From assembly GCA_964548885.1 (NCBI GenBank), contig CAZJSQ010000001.1:52782-116781 (forward strand): a DNA stretch of 64,000 nt. The letters are read 5' to 3'. A program made the position numbers and the translations under genes. Of the stretch, positions 19,339 to 30,400 are shown one piece after another (position 1 is the first letter of the stretch; every line of letters starts with the position of its first letter). The notes beneath the pieces were generated by a model that searched no databases, had not been told where the DNA came from, and saw only the letters and a program-made list of their open reading frames with translations. Source of the stretch: an uncultured Gammaproteobacteria bacterium. Lineage in GTDB: Bacteria; Patescibacteriota; Patescibacteriia; Patescibacteriales; UBA12465.

Positions 19339-21246
19339 ATGTCCAGCAAAAAAAAGAAAGGGCTTATTATAACGGCGATTATTTTAGCTATTATCGCGTC
19401 ATTTTTTATTTTCAAAAAAAAGCCGCAAAACGAATATACGACCGTTAATCTGAAAAAGGGAACTCTTATTCAGACCGTTACCGAAGTCGGCACGGTCAAG
19501 GCCAGCCAGGAACTGGAACTTAGCTTCGCGCTTAGCGGCCAAGTTAATAAAATAACGGCCAAAGTCGGTGATCTGATCAAAAAAGACACCGTCCTGATGG
19601 AATTAGATTTGAATTCCTTGATTTTAAAAGAAAAAGAAGCGGCTTCCAGTTTTGACGTCGCCCAAGCCAACTTGAATAAATTATTAAAAGGAGCGACCGC
19701 TCAAGATATCGCTATCAGCGCCGCTCAAGAGGCCCAGGCTAAAAGCGCTTATTCCTCCGCGGAAAACGATTTGGCGAAAGCGCTGGAACTAAGCGCCGAG
19801 AATTTAAGCCAGGCGGCAAAAAAATTGGCGGATTTAGAATCGTCATCGGCCAGCGATGTTACGCCGTTAGAACAGGCGGTCGCGACCGCCCAAACTAATT
19901 TAGCTAACGCTAAAATTAGCGCCCGACAAACAATAGACAATAGCCGCGATAGCTTGCTCAATACGGCCGACGCGAAAATAAGCATCGCCAACAGCGCCTT
20001 GGATTATATTAATCGTCTCTTAAACGACGCTGACCTGAAAAATACTTTCGGCATCAAAGATTCCACCATCCTCCTGAATACTAAAAATGATTACGCTCTG
20101 GCGCTCGACGCGAAAGCTCCGGCCGCGGTCACTCTCCTAACGACTAAGGCCTTTACCACGGAAGCGAATTTAAAAAATCTGGTCAGTCTGACTTTGGCTT
20201 ATTTGGAAATAACCAATCAAACGGCCAATAATTGTTTCAAGAGTCTGGAAAATACGGTTGTCTCTTCCGTTTTGCCGCAAGCGACTTTGGACGCTTATAA
20301 AACTAATGTCAGCGCCAACTTAAACGCCGTCAGTACGGGCGTCAGCGCCATTCAAAGCGCCGATTACGCCTTCCGTAACGCGCTTCTTTCTTATGATACC
20401 GGTGTCGCGGCCGCAACTGATGCTTTAGGTTCGGCTCAAGTTAATCTTGACGACGCCTTGAAGAACGCTCGCAACACCTATAATTCCGTGAAATTAAACG
20501 GCGAGAGCCAAGTCGTCGCCGCCCAGTCTAAATTAAGCGCCGCGAAACAGGCCTGGAATATCGCCCAAAAACAATTGATCAGCATTAAGACGCCGGCGCG
20601 CTCCGAGGATATTGATTTGACCAGAGCGCAACTGGCGCAAGCCCAGGCGAATCTGGATTTGATAAAAAAACAAGAATCGGAAAGCCAAATCATCGCCCCG
20701 ATTGACGGACAAATTTCCAAGATAAATTATGAAATCGGCGAGCAAGTCTCTTCCAAGGCGGCGCTAACGATGCTCACGGAAAATAATTTTGAAATTGAAG
20801 TGGATATTTCCGAAGTGGATATTTCTAAAGTAAAACTGAACGATTCGTCCGTAATCGATTTTGACGCCTTCGGCGAAACGCGGAAATTCAGCGGTTCGGT
20901 CTATTTTATAGAACCGGCGGCGACTGTCATTTCTGGCATAACTTACTATAAAGTCAAAATAAGCCTGACCGACACGGGCGCGAATCTTCAAGATGTCAAA
21001 GCGGGCATGACCGCCAATATCACCATCACCACCAATAAGAAAGACGATGTCTGGCTGGTTCCGGCGCGGGCGGTGATTGATAAAAATGGCAGCGGGAAAA
21101 TTGTCCGCGTTTTAACCGATGGTAATAAAGTCCAAGAAATTCCGGTAACAACCGGAATATCCGGTAATGACGGCCTGATAGAAATAAACGGCGACGACCT
21201 GGCGGCCGGGCAGAAAATAATTACTTTTATTAAAGTCGTGAATTAA
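19339..21246 (+). CDS. Efflux periplasmic adaptor (HlyD/MacA-like) with long coiled coil
   Basis: N-terminal TM, GDLIKK biotinyl-lipoyl-like half, IIAPIDG, VKAGMTANITI. Confidence 0.85.
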   Translation: MSSKKKKGLIITAIILAIIASFFIFKKKPQNEYTTVNLKKGTLIQTVTEVGTVKASQELELSFALSGQVNKITAKVGDLIKKDTVLMELDLNSLILKEKEAASSFDVAQANLNKLLKGATAQDIAISAAQEAQAKSAYSSAENDLAKALELSAENLSQAAKKLADLESSSASDVTPLEQAVATAQTNLANAKISARQTIDNSRDSLLNTADAKISIANSALDYINRLLNDADLKNTFGIKDSTILLNTKNDYALALDAKAPAAVTLLTTKAFTTEANLKNLVSLTLAYLEITNQTANNCFKSLENTVVSSVLPQATLDAYKTNVSANLNAVSTGVSAIQSADYAFRNALLSYDTGVAAATDALGSAQVNLDDALKNARNTYNSVKLNGESQVVAAQSKLSAAKQAWNIAQKQLISIKTPARSEDIDLTRAQLAQAQANLDLIKKQESESQIIAPIDGQISKINYEIGEQVSSKAALTMLTENNFEIEVDISEVDISKVKLNDSSVIDFDAFGETRKFSGSVYFIEPAATVISGITYYKVKISLTDTGANLQDVKAGMTANITITTNKKDDVWLVPARAVIDKNGSGKIVRVLTDGNKVQEIPVTTGISGNDGLIEINGDDLAAGQKIITFIKVVN

Positions 21247-21285
21247 TCGGGCTTAAACTTTCTTTTGTTAACCCTCCTTCTTGAT

Positions 21286-21999
21286 ATGCTCATCCGCGTT
21301 AAAAATTTAGGCAAAGATTACGGCGCCGCCGAAACCCTGACTACGGTTTTGCGCGGTCTTGATTTTGAAATTGAGGCAGGCGAATTCGTTTCTATCATGG
21401 GACCGTCGGGATCCGGCAAATCAACTTTGATGCATATCCTCGGCTTACTGGACAACCCGACCCAGGGCCAATATTTTCTGGAAGGGAAAAACGTCACGCA
21501 TCTGGACGATGACAGCTTGGCTAAATTGCGCAACAAGGAAATCGGCTTCGTTTTCCAGTCTTTTAATCTATTGCCGCGGACGACGGTGCTAGATAACGTC
21601 AAATTGCCGCTTATTTATTCCGACGAAAAAATAGATCATGACCGCCGGGCGAAAGAAGTTCTGGCCAGCGTCGGCCTCAGTCATCGCCTGCATTATTATA
21701 CCAACCAGATTTCCGGCGGCGAAAAACAGCGCGTCGCCATCGCCCGCGCCCTCGTTAATTATCCGTCGGTCATTTTCGCGGACGAACCGACCGGCAATCT
21801 TGACTCTAAATCCGGCACGCAAATAATGGCCATACTTCAGAAGCTTAACGACGAAGGCAATACCATCATTCTCGTCACTCACGAAACCTACACGGCCGAA
21901 CACGCGAAAAGAATAATCAAGATAAAAGACGGCGAGATTATCAGCGACGAAAAAATAAAATACCGCCGCCGCGCCCATGACGGCGAAATATTAAAATAA
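21286..21999 (+). CDS. ABC transporter ATP-binding protein (MacB/LolD type)
   Basis: GPSGSGKST, ISGGEKQRVAIARAL, ADEPTGNLD. Confidence 0.95.
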   Translation: MLIRVKNLGKDYGAAETLTTVLRGLDFEIEAGEFVSIMGPSGSGKSTLMHILGLLDNPTQGQYFLEGKNVTHLDDDSLAKLRNKEIGFVFQSFNLLPRTTVLDNVKLPLIYSDEKIDHDRRAKEVLASVGLSHRLHYYTNQISGGEKQRVAIARALVNYPSVIFADEPTGNLDSKSGTQIMAILQKLNDEGNTIILVTHETYTAEHAKRIIKIKDGEIISDEKIKYRRRAHDGEILK

Positions 22000-22025
22000 C
22001 GAATTATTAAAATAATAAAACGCTG

Positions 22026-23273
22026 ATGCGTTTTCCTTTTAAGCAATCCCTTAAGATCTCCGTCCGCGCGCTTCTAACTAATAAAGCGAGAAGCTTTTTG
22101 ACCATGCTGGGAATAATTATCGGCGTCGGCGCGGTCGTGATGATTATGTCTCTCGGCGCGGGGGCGCAGAGCTTGATAATCAGCCAGATTGAGGGTTTGG
22201 GCGGAAACCTGGTCGGAATCTTGCCCGGAAAATCAGACTCCAGCGGTCCGCCGGCTTCAGTCATGGGTATTGCGATTACGACCCTGGTAGAAAGAGATTT
22301 GGAGGCTATCCGTCGCCAAGTGCCTAACCTTGACGGCGCCGTCGGCTATTCGCGCGGTCTGGCGACCGCCAGCTGGGGACAGATGAATTATGAGACGAAC
22401 ATTAACGGTTGTTCCATAGATTATTTGAAAGTTGAAGGCGGAGAAGTGGACGCGGGCCGGTTTTTTACGGCGGAAGAAGACCGTGATATGGCTAAAGTCG
22501 CGGTGCTTGGTTTAACCGTCAAGCAAGAATTATTCGGCGATTCCGACGCCGTCGGCCGGCAGATAAAAATAAAGAAACAATCTTTTGAAGTTATCGGCGT
22601 GATGGTGCCGCGGGGCACGGTCGCTTTCGTGGATTACGACGACCAGATTAATATTCCTCTTCAGACCGCCCAGAAATTAATCAACGGCGTCAACCATTTA
22701 AGTTTTATTCGGATGAAAGCGAGTAGCGCCGCCAGCGTGGACCAAGTGATGGCCGATACGATTATTGTTTTGCGCGACCGCCATGATATCAAAGATCAAA
22801 GCGGACAGGACGATGATTTTTCCGTTCGCAGCCTGGCCCAAGCTCTCGATATGATTATCACGATTACGGACGCGCTCAAATATTTCTTAATCGCCATGGC
22901 GGCGATATCCTTAATCGTCGCCGGTATCGGCATCATGAACATCATGCTCATCAGCGTCAATGAAAGGACTAAGGAAATCGGCCTGCGTAAAGCCCTTGGC
23001 GCCAACAATCGCCATATCATCTGGCAATTTTTAATTGAAGCGATAACTTTGACTCTGATTGGCGGCGCCGGCGGAATAATCCTGGGGACTGTCGGTTCTT
23101 GGCTTATTTCTTTGATCGTCCGCCGGCTCGGCTATAATTATGAATTCATCGTTTCCGCTTCTTCAATCATTTTGGCTTTATCGGTTTCAACTTTAATCGG
23201 TCTGATTTTCGGCTTATATCCGGCGCGCCAGGCCAGCCGCCTGGAACCGGTGGAAGCTTTAAGTTATGAATAA
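22026..23273 (+). CDS. MacB-type ABC transporter permease
   Basis: RSFLTMLGIIIGV, GIMNIMLISVNERTKEIGLRKALGA, YPARQAS. Confidence 0.93.
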   Translation: MRFPFKQSLKISVRALLTNKARSFLTMLGIIIGVGAVVMIMSLGAGAQSLIISQIEGLGGNLVGILPGKSDSSGPPASVMGIAITTLVERDLEAIRRQVPNLDGAVGYSRGLATASWGQMNYETNINGCSIDYLKVEGGEVDAGRFFTAEEDRDMAKVAVLGLTVKQELFGDSDAVGRQIKIKKQSFEVIGVMVPRGTVAFVDYDDQINIPLQTAQKLINGVNHLSFIRMKASSAASVDQVMADTIIVLRDRHDIKDQSGQDDDFSVRSLAQALDMIITITDALKYFLIAMAAISLIVAGIGIMNIMLISVNERTKEIGLRKALGANNRHIIWQFLIEAITLTLIGGAGGIILGTVGSWLISLIVRRLGYNYEFIVSASSIILALSVSTLIGLIFGLYPARQASRLEPVEALSYE

Positions 23274-24525
23274 AATTTTTCCGGCGATAAAAATGGCCTT
23301 AAGATCCATGAACGCGAATAAAATGCGGACTTTTTTGACCGTGCTCGGGGTCATGATCGGCATCGCCAGCATTATCATCGTCTATTCGGCCGGCGAGGGC
23401 ATCAGGAGTTTAATGGTCGGACAGATGGAAGCTTTCGGCACCAATATCATTGAGACGGAAATAAAAGTGCCGACCGCTAAAAAGGGAACTTCGGGAGATA
23501 CGGAAAGCGCGATGGCTCTCGCTTCCGGCGTCCAAGTGACGACTTTAAACGGCGAAGATTTAAAAGATATTAATAAAATTCCTAATATCGTCGGCGGTTA
23601 CGGAGCGGTTATGGCTCAAGAAAAAATCACTTTTAAAAATGAATCGCGCGCCGCCAGTTTATTTGGAGTCAGCGCCACTTATTTGGATATTGATAAAAGT
23701 AAGATGGCGTCGGGATTTTTTTTCAGCGCCGAAGACGATCAGGCCTTAAGTCAAAGCGCGGTTTTGGGCAGTAAGATAAAAGAAACGTTGTTCGGCGATT
23801 CTGATCCGCTCGGCCAATATATTACCATCCGTAAAGCCAGATTCCGGGTTATCGGCGTGATGGCATCGCGCGGCGCGACCATGGGGATGGATCTGGATGA
23901 TTACGTTTATGTCCCGGTGCGGACGCTGCAGCAAAAAATCATGGGTATTGATTATTTTATGTATATGATTCACCAGTTTCAGGACCCGAAACTGGCGGCC
24001 GATACCGCCGAAGAGATAAAACGCGTCGTCCGCGATAATCACGATATTACCGACCCGGCCAAAGATGATTTTCGCGTGACCACCATGGAAGAAATGATGA
24101 AAATGTTGGATACTATCACCAACGCTTTGACTTGGCTTTTATTGGCGATTGTCGCTATTTCTCTGATTGTCGGCGGAGTCGGGATACTAAACATCATGTA
24201 TGTTATCGTCAGCGAAAGGACGCTGGAAATCGGCCTGCGGAAAGCGGTCGGCGCCAATTACAGCCATATTATGACGCAATTTCTCGTGGAAGCGGTCCTG
24301 ATTACTCTTCTGGGCGCCGTTATCGGCGTCATCCTCGGCGTCATCGTTTCCAAATTAATCGCGATTGGCGCCAGTTTCGCCGGTTTGGCTTGGGAATTTA
24401 GAATACCGCTAAAGGCTTTCGTCGTGTCTATCAGTTTCGTTTTTTTATTCGGCATTTTCTTCGGAGTTTATCCGGCGAAAAAAGCGGCCCAAATGAATCC
24501 GATAGATGCGCTTAGGAAAGAATAA
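23266..24525 (+). CDS. MacB-type ABC transporter permease (second paralog)
   Basis: RTFLTVLGVMIGI, ERTLEIGLRKAVGA, YPAKKAA; overlaps upstream stop. Confidence 0.93.
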   Translation: MNKIFPAIKMALRSMNANKMRTFLTVLGVMIGIASIIIVYSAGEGIRSLMVGQMEAFGTNIIETEIKVPTAKKGTSGDTESAMALASGVQVTTLNGEDLKDINKIPNIVGGYGAVMAQEKITFKNESRAASLFGVSATYLDIDKSKMASGFFFSAEDDQALSQSAVLGSKIKETLFGDSDPLGQYITIRKARFRVIGVMASRGATMGMDLDDYVYVPVRTLQQKIMGIDYFMYMIHQFQDPKLAADTAEEIKRVVRDNHDITDPAKDDFRVTTMEEMMKMLDTITNALTWLLLAIVAISLIVGGVGILNIMYVIVSERTLEIGLRKAVGANYSHIMTQFLVEAVLITLLGAVIGVILGVIVSKLIAIGASFAGLAWEFRIPLKAFVVSISFVFLFGIFFGVYPAKKAAQMNPIDALRKE

Positions 24526-24562
24526 AATTTTTAAGGAAAAAGATATAAAATAAAGTTTGCAT

Positions 24563-27286
24563 ATGAATAAGCCAAACAATAAAAATTTAGAGAATAAAAA
24601 TTTGGAAGATAAACACCCGCCAGATTTTTATGAATTGAAAACGGAAGCGGTTTTTAAAGCCGTTAACTCCTCGCCTGAAGGCCTAAGCTCCGAAGAGGCG
24701 AAAAAACGGCTGGCTCAAGACGGGCTCAATGTCTTAGTGGAAGAAGAACCCTATAGCCGCCTGAAAGTTTTTATATCCCAATTCAAGAATCCCCTGATTT
24801 ATATTCTCCTGGGCGCCGGCGTTATTTCTCTTGCCGTCGGTGAAACTATAGACGCTCAAGTAATCGCCGCCGCCGTTCTGGTCAATGTCATTATCGGCTT
24901 TATTCAGGAAGATAAGGCCAATAGCGCTTTAAGCAAACTTAAAAAAATAGTGGAGCATCAAGCTTACGTTAAAAGAAACGGGCGGGAAATAGAGATTCCG
25001 ACCGCGGCGGTCGCAAGCGGCGACGTTTTAATTTTAAAAGCCGGCCAGATAATCCCGGCCGACGCTCGCGTTTTTCAGAATTTTGATTTAGAAGTGAATG
25101 AAGCCAGTTTGACCGGGGAGTCCTTATCCGTTTCCAAAAGCATTCAACCGTGCGCGCCCTTGACCGGTTTAGCCGATCGTAAAAGTATGGTCTACGCCGG
25201 AACCAATATTATCAGCGGGCACGGACTCGCGATTACGGTCGCGACCGGAGGCAAAACCGAAGTCGGAAAAATCGCGGCCATGGTCAAGACGGCCGCAAGC
25301 GGCCCGACGCCTCTGCAGGAACGCCTAACTAGGATTTCCCGTCTTCTCGGTTTGAGCGTCGTCACCATTTGTCTGATTATTGTCATCTCCGGCGTCTTGA
25401 AGGGCTTAAGCTTCTTAAATATTCTTCTGGCCGCGATCGCGATATCGGTCGCCGCCATCCCCGAAGGCTTATCCGTCGCCGTTACCGTCATTCTCGCCAT
25501 CGGCATGAAACATATCGTCAAAAAAAAGGCTTTGACCAGAAAATTATTGGCCGCGGAAACGCTGGGGTCTATTACGGCCATTTGTTCCGATAAGACCGGG
25601 ACTTTAACCGAAGGAAAAATGCGCTTGGAAGAAATCGTTTCATATTCGGGACGCTTGGCGCCGGCGAAATTAACGGGTCCTCGCGACTTGTCAAAATTAA
25701 AAGATTTTATGCTGGCTTTAAAGACCGGCGTTTTATGCAATAACGCCGTTATTAATCCGGAGACTTTTAAGAGCTCCGGGCTGGCGCTGGAAGTGTCGTT
25801 TTTAAAAGTCGCTTTGGATTTAGGCGTGAGTCAGTCGGAATTAATGAAGGACGAACCGCGCTTAAGCGAACTGCCGTTTAACAGCATCAGGAAATTCATG
25901 ATCAGCCTGCATCAAAAAGGAAACGCTTTCAGTCTTTATGAAAAAGGCGCGGGAGAAATCGTTTTGGAAAAATGTGTTTTTCTTGAAGACGCCGGGAAAA
26001 TAAGAGCGCTGGAAAATAAAGACAAAGAAAAGATTTTGGCTCTTTATGAAGATTTGACTCGTGGCGGCCTGCGCGTTATCGCTCTCGCTTATCGTGATTT
26101 AGAAACCTTGCCTTTTAATCCGACGGCGGAAGAAAAAAATTGGAATTTAGTGGATAAGGATTTAACTTTCATCGGCTTGGCGGCTTTTAAAGATCCGCTC
26201 CGTCACGAGTCTAGAAAAACTATCGCTTTATGCCAGGGCGCCGGCATCAGGCCGATAATTATCACCGGCGACCATCCTAATACCGCCCAAGCCATTGCCG
26301 AAGAATTAAAAATGGATTTGGGCGCGGCCGGCGTTATCAGCGGTGATTTTCTGGAGAAACTCAATGAGGGCGAACTGAGAGAATTAGTGAAGACCGTCGC
26401 GGTTTACGCTCGCGTCAGTCCGGACCATAAATTGCGCATCGTGAACGCTTTAAAAAAGAACGGGGAAGTCGTGGCCATGACCGGCGACGGCTTGAACGAT
26501 TCGCCGGCCCTGAAAGCGGCCGATATCGGCATCTGCCTCGGCTCCGGCACGGAAGTCGCCAAAGAAACCGCCGACATCGTCCTGCTCGACGATAATTTCA
26601 GCGTCATCGTCAGCGCGATCAGACAAGGTCGGATTATCTTTGATAATATCCGAAAATCTTTGACTTATCTTATTTCCGACTGCTTTTCGGAAATAATTCT
26701 TATTTTAGGATCCGTTCTTTTTAATCTGCCGCTCGCCTTGCTGCCGACGCAGATCCTCTGGATAAATATTTTAAACGACGGCCTGCCCAGTTTTTCCCTA
26801 GCTTTTGAATCTAATGACGACGGCGTCATGAAACGCCGGCCGGTCAAAAGGAGCGAATCTATTTTTACGCCGGAAATGAAAGCGATTCTTTTCGGCGTCG
26901 GCCTTATAAGAGAAGTTTTATTATTCGCCGGCTTCTATTATTGCGCGACGCATCTGGCGGTCTTGGGTTGGAGCCTCAGTTATTTAAGAACATTATTAGT
27001 TGCCATTTTGATAGTCAAATCAATCACTGCTATTTTCAGTCTGCGCAGTTTCACGCTTCCGCTTCATAAAATAAAGCAGTTCACCAATCCCTATTTATTT
27101 ATGGCCCTCGGCGTTGATTTGATTCTGCTTATCGCCGCCGTTTATCTGCCGTTTTTAAATAGATTATTAAAGACCGAACCTTTATCGGCTAAGTCCTGGC
27201 TCATAGTTCTGACCGTGGCTCTGGTTAATATTTTAATGATGGAAATCGTTAAAGCGCGCTTTGCTCGCCGCGCCCAAAAAAATTAA
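24563..27286 (+). CDS. Cation-transporting P-type ATPase (type II, Ca2+-like)
   Basis: TGES, PEGL, DKTGTLT, TGD, GDGLND motifs. Confidence 0.93.
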   Translation: MNKPNNKNLENKNLEDKHPPDFYELKTEAVFKAVNSSPEGLSSEEAKKRLAQDGLNVLVEEEPYSRLKVFISQFKNPLIYILLGAGVISLAVGETIDAQVIAAAVLVNVIIGFIQEDKANSALSKLKKIVEHQAYVKRNGREIEIPTAAVASGDVLILKAGQIIPADARVFQNFDLEVNEASLTGESLSVSKSIQPCAPLTGLADRKSMVYAGTNIISGHGLAITVATGGKTEVGKIAAMVKTAASGPTPLQERLTRISRLLGLSVVTICLIIVISGVLKGLSFLNILLAAIAISVAAIPEGLSVAVTVILAIGMKHIVKKKALTRKLLAAETLGSITAICSDKTGTLTEGKMRLEEIVSYSGRLAPAKLTGPRDLSKLKDFMLALKTGVLCNNAVINPETFKSSGLALEVSFLKVALDLGVSQSELMKDEPRLSELPFNSIRKFMISLHQKGNAFSLYEKGAGEIVLEKCVFLEDAGKIRALENKDKEKILALYEDLTRGGLRVIALAYRDLETLPFNPTAEEKNWNLVDKDLTFIGLAAFKDPLRHESRKTIALCQGAGIRPIIITGDHPNTAQAIAEELKMDLGAAGVISGDFLEKLNEGELRELVKTVAVYARVSPDHKLRIVNALKKNGEVVAMTGDGLNDSPALKAADIGICLGSGTEVAKETADIVLLDDNFSVIVSAIRQGRIIFDNIRKSLTYLISDCFSEIILILGSVLFNLPLALLPTQILWINILNDGLPSFSLAFESNDDGVMKRRPVKRSESIFTPEMKAILFGVGLIREVLLFAGFYYCATHLAVLGWSLSYLRTLLVAILIVKSITAIFSLRSFTLPLHKIKQFTNPYLFMALGVDLILLIAAVYLPFLNRLLKTEPLSAKSWLIVLTVALVNILMMEIVKARFARRAQKN

Positions 27287-27432
27287 CATCGTTTGATATT
27301 TCGTTTGACTTTAACTACAAAATCTGATAATTTAAGATGATAATTAATTTCCTAAAAATGGAATAATTATCATCTTTTTTTGAACATTGGCAGAACATTA
27401 ACAAATTAATATACACTTAAAAAACAAGCGCC

Positions 27433-30400
27433 ATGAATGTAGAACACTTTTATCGTTTAGAAGAAAGCGACTTAGAGTATTGCTTCAATGTTGAAGTAAG
27501 TGAAGCTCTGTCGTCGGAAGAAATCAAGACTTTATCTTGGCTTCTCGCTGAAACTTTCGCGCCGAAAAAATTCGGCCGCGATTCGTTTTTAAGAAACAGC
27601 CCCTTTAAAGAAATAATTGAGATCGGGCCTTTGCTTAATTACGCGACTCCTTGGAACACCAATGCTTTGTCGATTTGCCGGGCTTGCGGTTTAACTAAAA
27701 TTACCCGCCTGGAAAGATCGACCCGGAGAATTATTGAATTCAATGATGATACGGCAAAGCTATTGGACCGGATGACTCAAGGATTCTATCTGAAACCATT
27801 AGAGTCTTTTGACACCGGCCATATTCCCGAAAAGGTTTACAGCGTTCCTTTGATCGCTGAAGGGCCGAACGCTCTCTTAAAGCTTTCAGGCTTGTCTATG
27901 GATGAAGCGGACCGCCAGTTTTATTATCACTATTTCGCGGAGATAGAACGGCGTGATCCAACCATCGTAGAGATTATGGATTTAAACAACGCCAATTCCG
28001 AGCATTGCCGTCACGGCTATTTCAAGGGTAAACAGATTATTGACGGCGTGGTTATGCCCGAAACTCTGATGGATATCGTTAAATCAACATTGGAAGCTAA
28101 TCCCGGCAACAGCCTGGTCGCTTTCAATGATAATTCCAGCGCTATCCGCGGCTACAATGTCTGGGCGTTAATTCCCGAACATCCCGGCCAATCTTCCGCT
28201 TTCGTGAAAAAGCAGATGACTTATCATTTGATTTTTACGGCGGAAACGCATAATTTCCCCACCGGTGTCGCTCCTTATCCGGGGGCAGAAACCGGAACGG
28301 GCGGACGAATCAGGGACGCTAAAGATACCGGCCGCGGCAGTTTGGTTGTCGCCGGAACGACCGGCTATTTTACCGGCAACCTTTTTATTCCCGGCTATAA
28401 ATTGCCCTGGGAAAAAGAACGGGTTTATCCCAAAAATCTGGCCAGCGGATTAGAGATTATGATTAGGGGTTCTGACGGCGCTTCTGATTACGGCAATAAA
28501 TTCGGAGAACCGGTAATTGTCGGAACGGCCGCCTCGGTGGCCATTGATTTGCCCAGTGGTGAACATCAGGAGTTTATTAAGCCGATTTTGTTCACCGGCG
28601 GAATTGGAATGATTGACGACCGGCACATCAAAAAAGATAAGGCGGAAATTGGCATGCTCATTGTCCAAGTCGGCGGTCCGGCTTATCGTATCGGTTTTGG
28701 CGGGGGCAGCGCGTCCTCCCTTAATCAAGGCGATAATAAAGAGGATCTGGATTTTAACGCCGTTCAACGCGGCGATGGCGAAATGGGTCAGAAAACCAAT
28801 CGTATCGTCAGAGCTTGCGTGGAAATGGGTGAGAATAACCCGATTGTTATTGTCCATGACCAGGGCGCCGGCGGACCGGCGAATGTCCTTAAAGAACTGG
28901 TGGAAAAATACGGCGGCAAAATCAATATCCGTAAGATAGTTTCCGGCGACCCGACTCTGTCGGTCCTGGAAATCTGGATATGTGAGTATCAGGAGAGAAG
29001 CGGATTCATCATTGATAAGAGCCGGATCGAGGAGTTTTGGACCATATGCAAGAGGGAAAAAGTGAATTGCGAAATTTTAGGCGAGGTTACCGGAGACGGT
29101 TATTTTGTCGTTTCTGACGAGGCTGACGGGTCAACGCCGGTCAACTTGGACTTGAAGCAGGTTTTAGGCAATCTGCCGCAAAAAACTTTTATTGATAAGA
29201 GCGTCACGAGAGATTTAGCCGCTCTGGAGTTGCCAAAGAATTTAGATATTCTGGAAGCTTTAAAGCGAGTATTAAGACTCGTTTCCGTCGGGTCTAAAGA
29301 TCATTTAACGGCCAAAGTCGACCGCAGCGTCACCGGTCTGGTAGCGCAACAGCAATGTTGCGGACCGCTGCAACTGCCGGTGGCTGATGTCGGAGTGATA
29401 GCTCAAAGTTATTTTCCTAACAATCTTGGAGAATATACCGGCGGAGCGACGGCTATCGGAGAGAAGCATATGGAAATGATTATTAATCCGAGAGCCGCGA
29501 CGCGCCTGGCCATAACGGAAATGCTGACCAATATGGCGTCGGTAAAAATCAATGGCTTAAAATATATCAAATGTTCAGGCAATTGGATGTGGGCGCCAAA
29601 ATTACCGGGCGAAGGCGCCAGACTTTATCGGGCCGCCCTGGCTGTACGTGAATTCATGATTGATTTAGGCGTTGCTATTGATGGCGGTAAAGACAGCTTG
29701 TCGATGGCAACGAAAGTCAAGCATCCCGACGGCCGAGTAGAAACGGTAAAATCGCCGAGTCAGTTGATAATTTCCGGTTACGCGTCCGTGCCCGATGTCA
29801 GAAAAAAAGTCACCCCCGACATCAAAAAACCGGGCGCCAGCCGATTAATGAGAATTGATTTGTCAGATGGAAAACGTCGTTTGGGCGGATCGGCCCTGGC
29901 GCAAGTTTATAATCAGCCAGGCAATGAAACGCCGGATGTTGAAGTAAAAATTGTCAAAAATGGCTTCAACGCTATGCAGAAAATGGTAAGCGGCGGTTTG
30001 ATATTAAGCGCCCACGACATCAGTAAGGGCGGATTCATCACCACTCTCCTGGAAATGTGTTTCGCCGGGAACTGCGGATTTTATCTGGAACTTGATTGCC
30101 GGCACGAGGAATTAATTCCGGAACTGTTCGCTGAAGAGGCCGGTTGGGTGATTGAATATTTGCCCGAGAACGAAGGTGTCGTCGTTTCGTTATTGAATTC
30201 GTTTTCCGTTCCTTATTATTATCTTGGGAAAACGATAAAGATTAAAGAAATCTATATCGTTAACGACGGCGACTTCCAATTTTTGGAGAGCACCGCGGTT
30301 TTGCGGCAAATCTGGGAGGAAACCAGCTACCAGTTGGAAAAATTGCAAATTAAACCAATTTGCGCGGTTAGCAAGAAGAGGAATGTCTTCAATCGGCCGG

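Noticed and set aside
25192-25740. 182-aa antisense ORF in the P-type ATPase, and the many similar 60-165 aa nested or antisense ORFs
   Set aside because: Fully overlap well-supported genes and lack recognisable domains or start signals.
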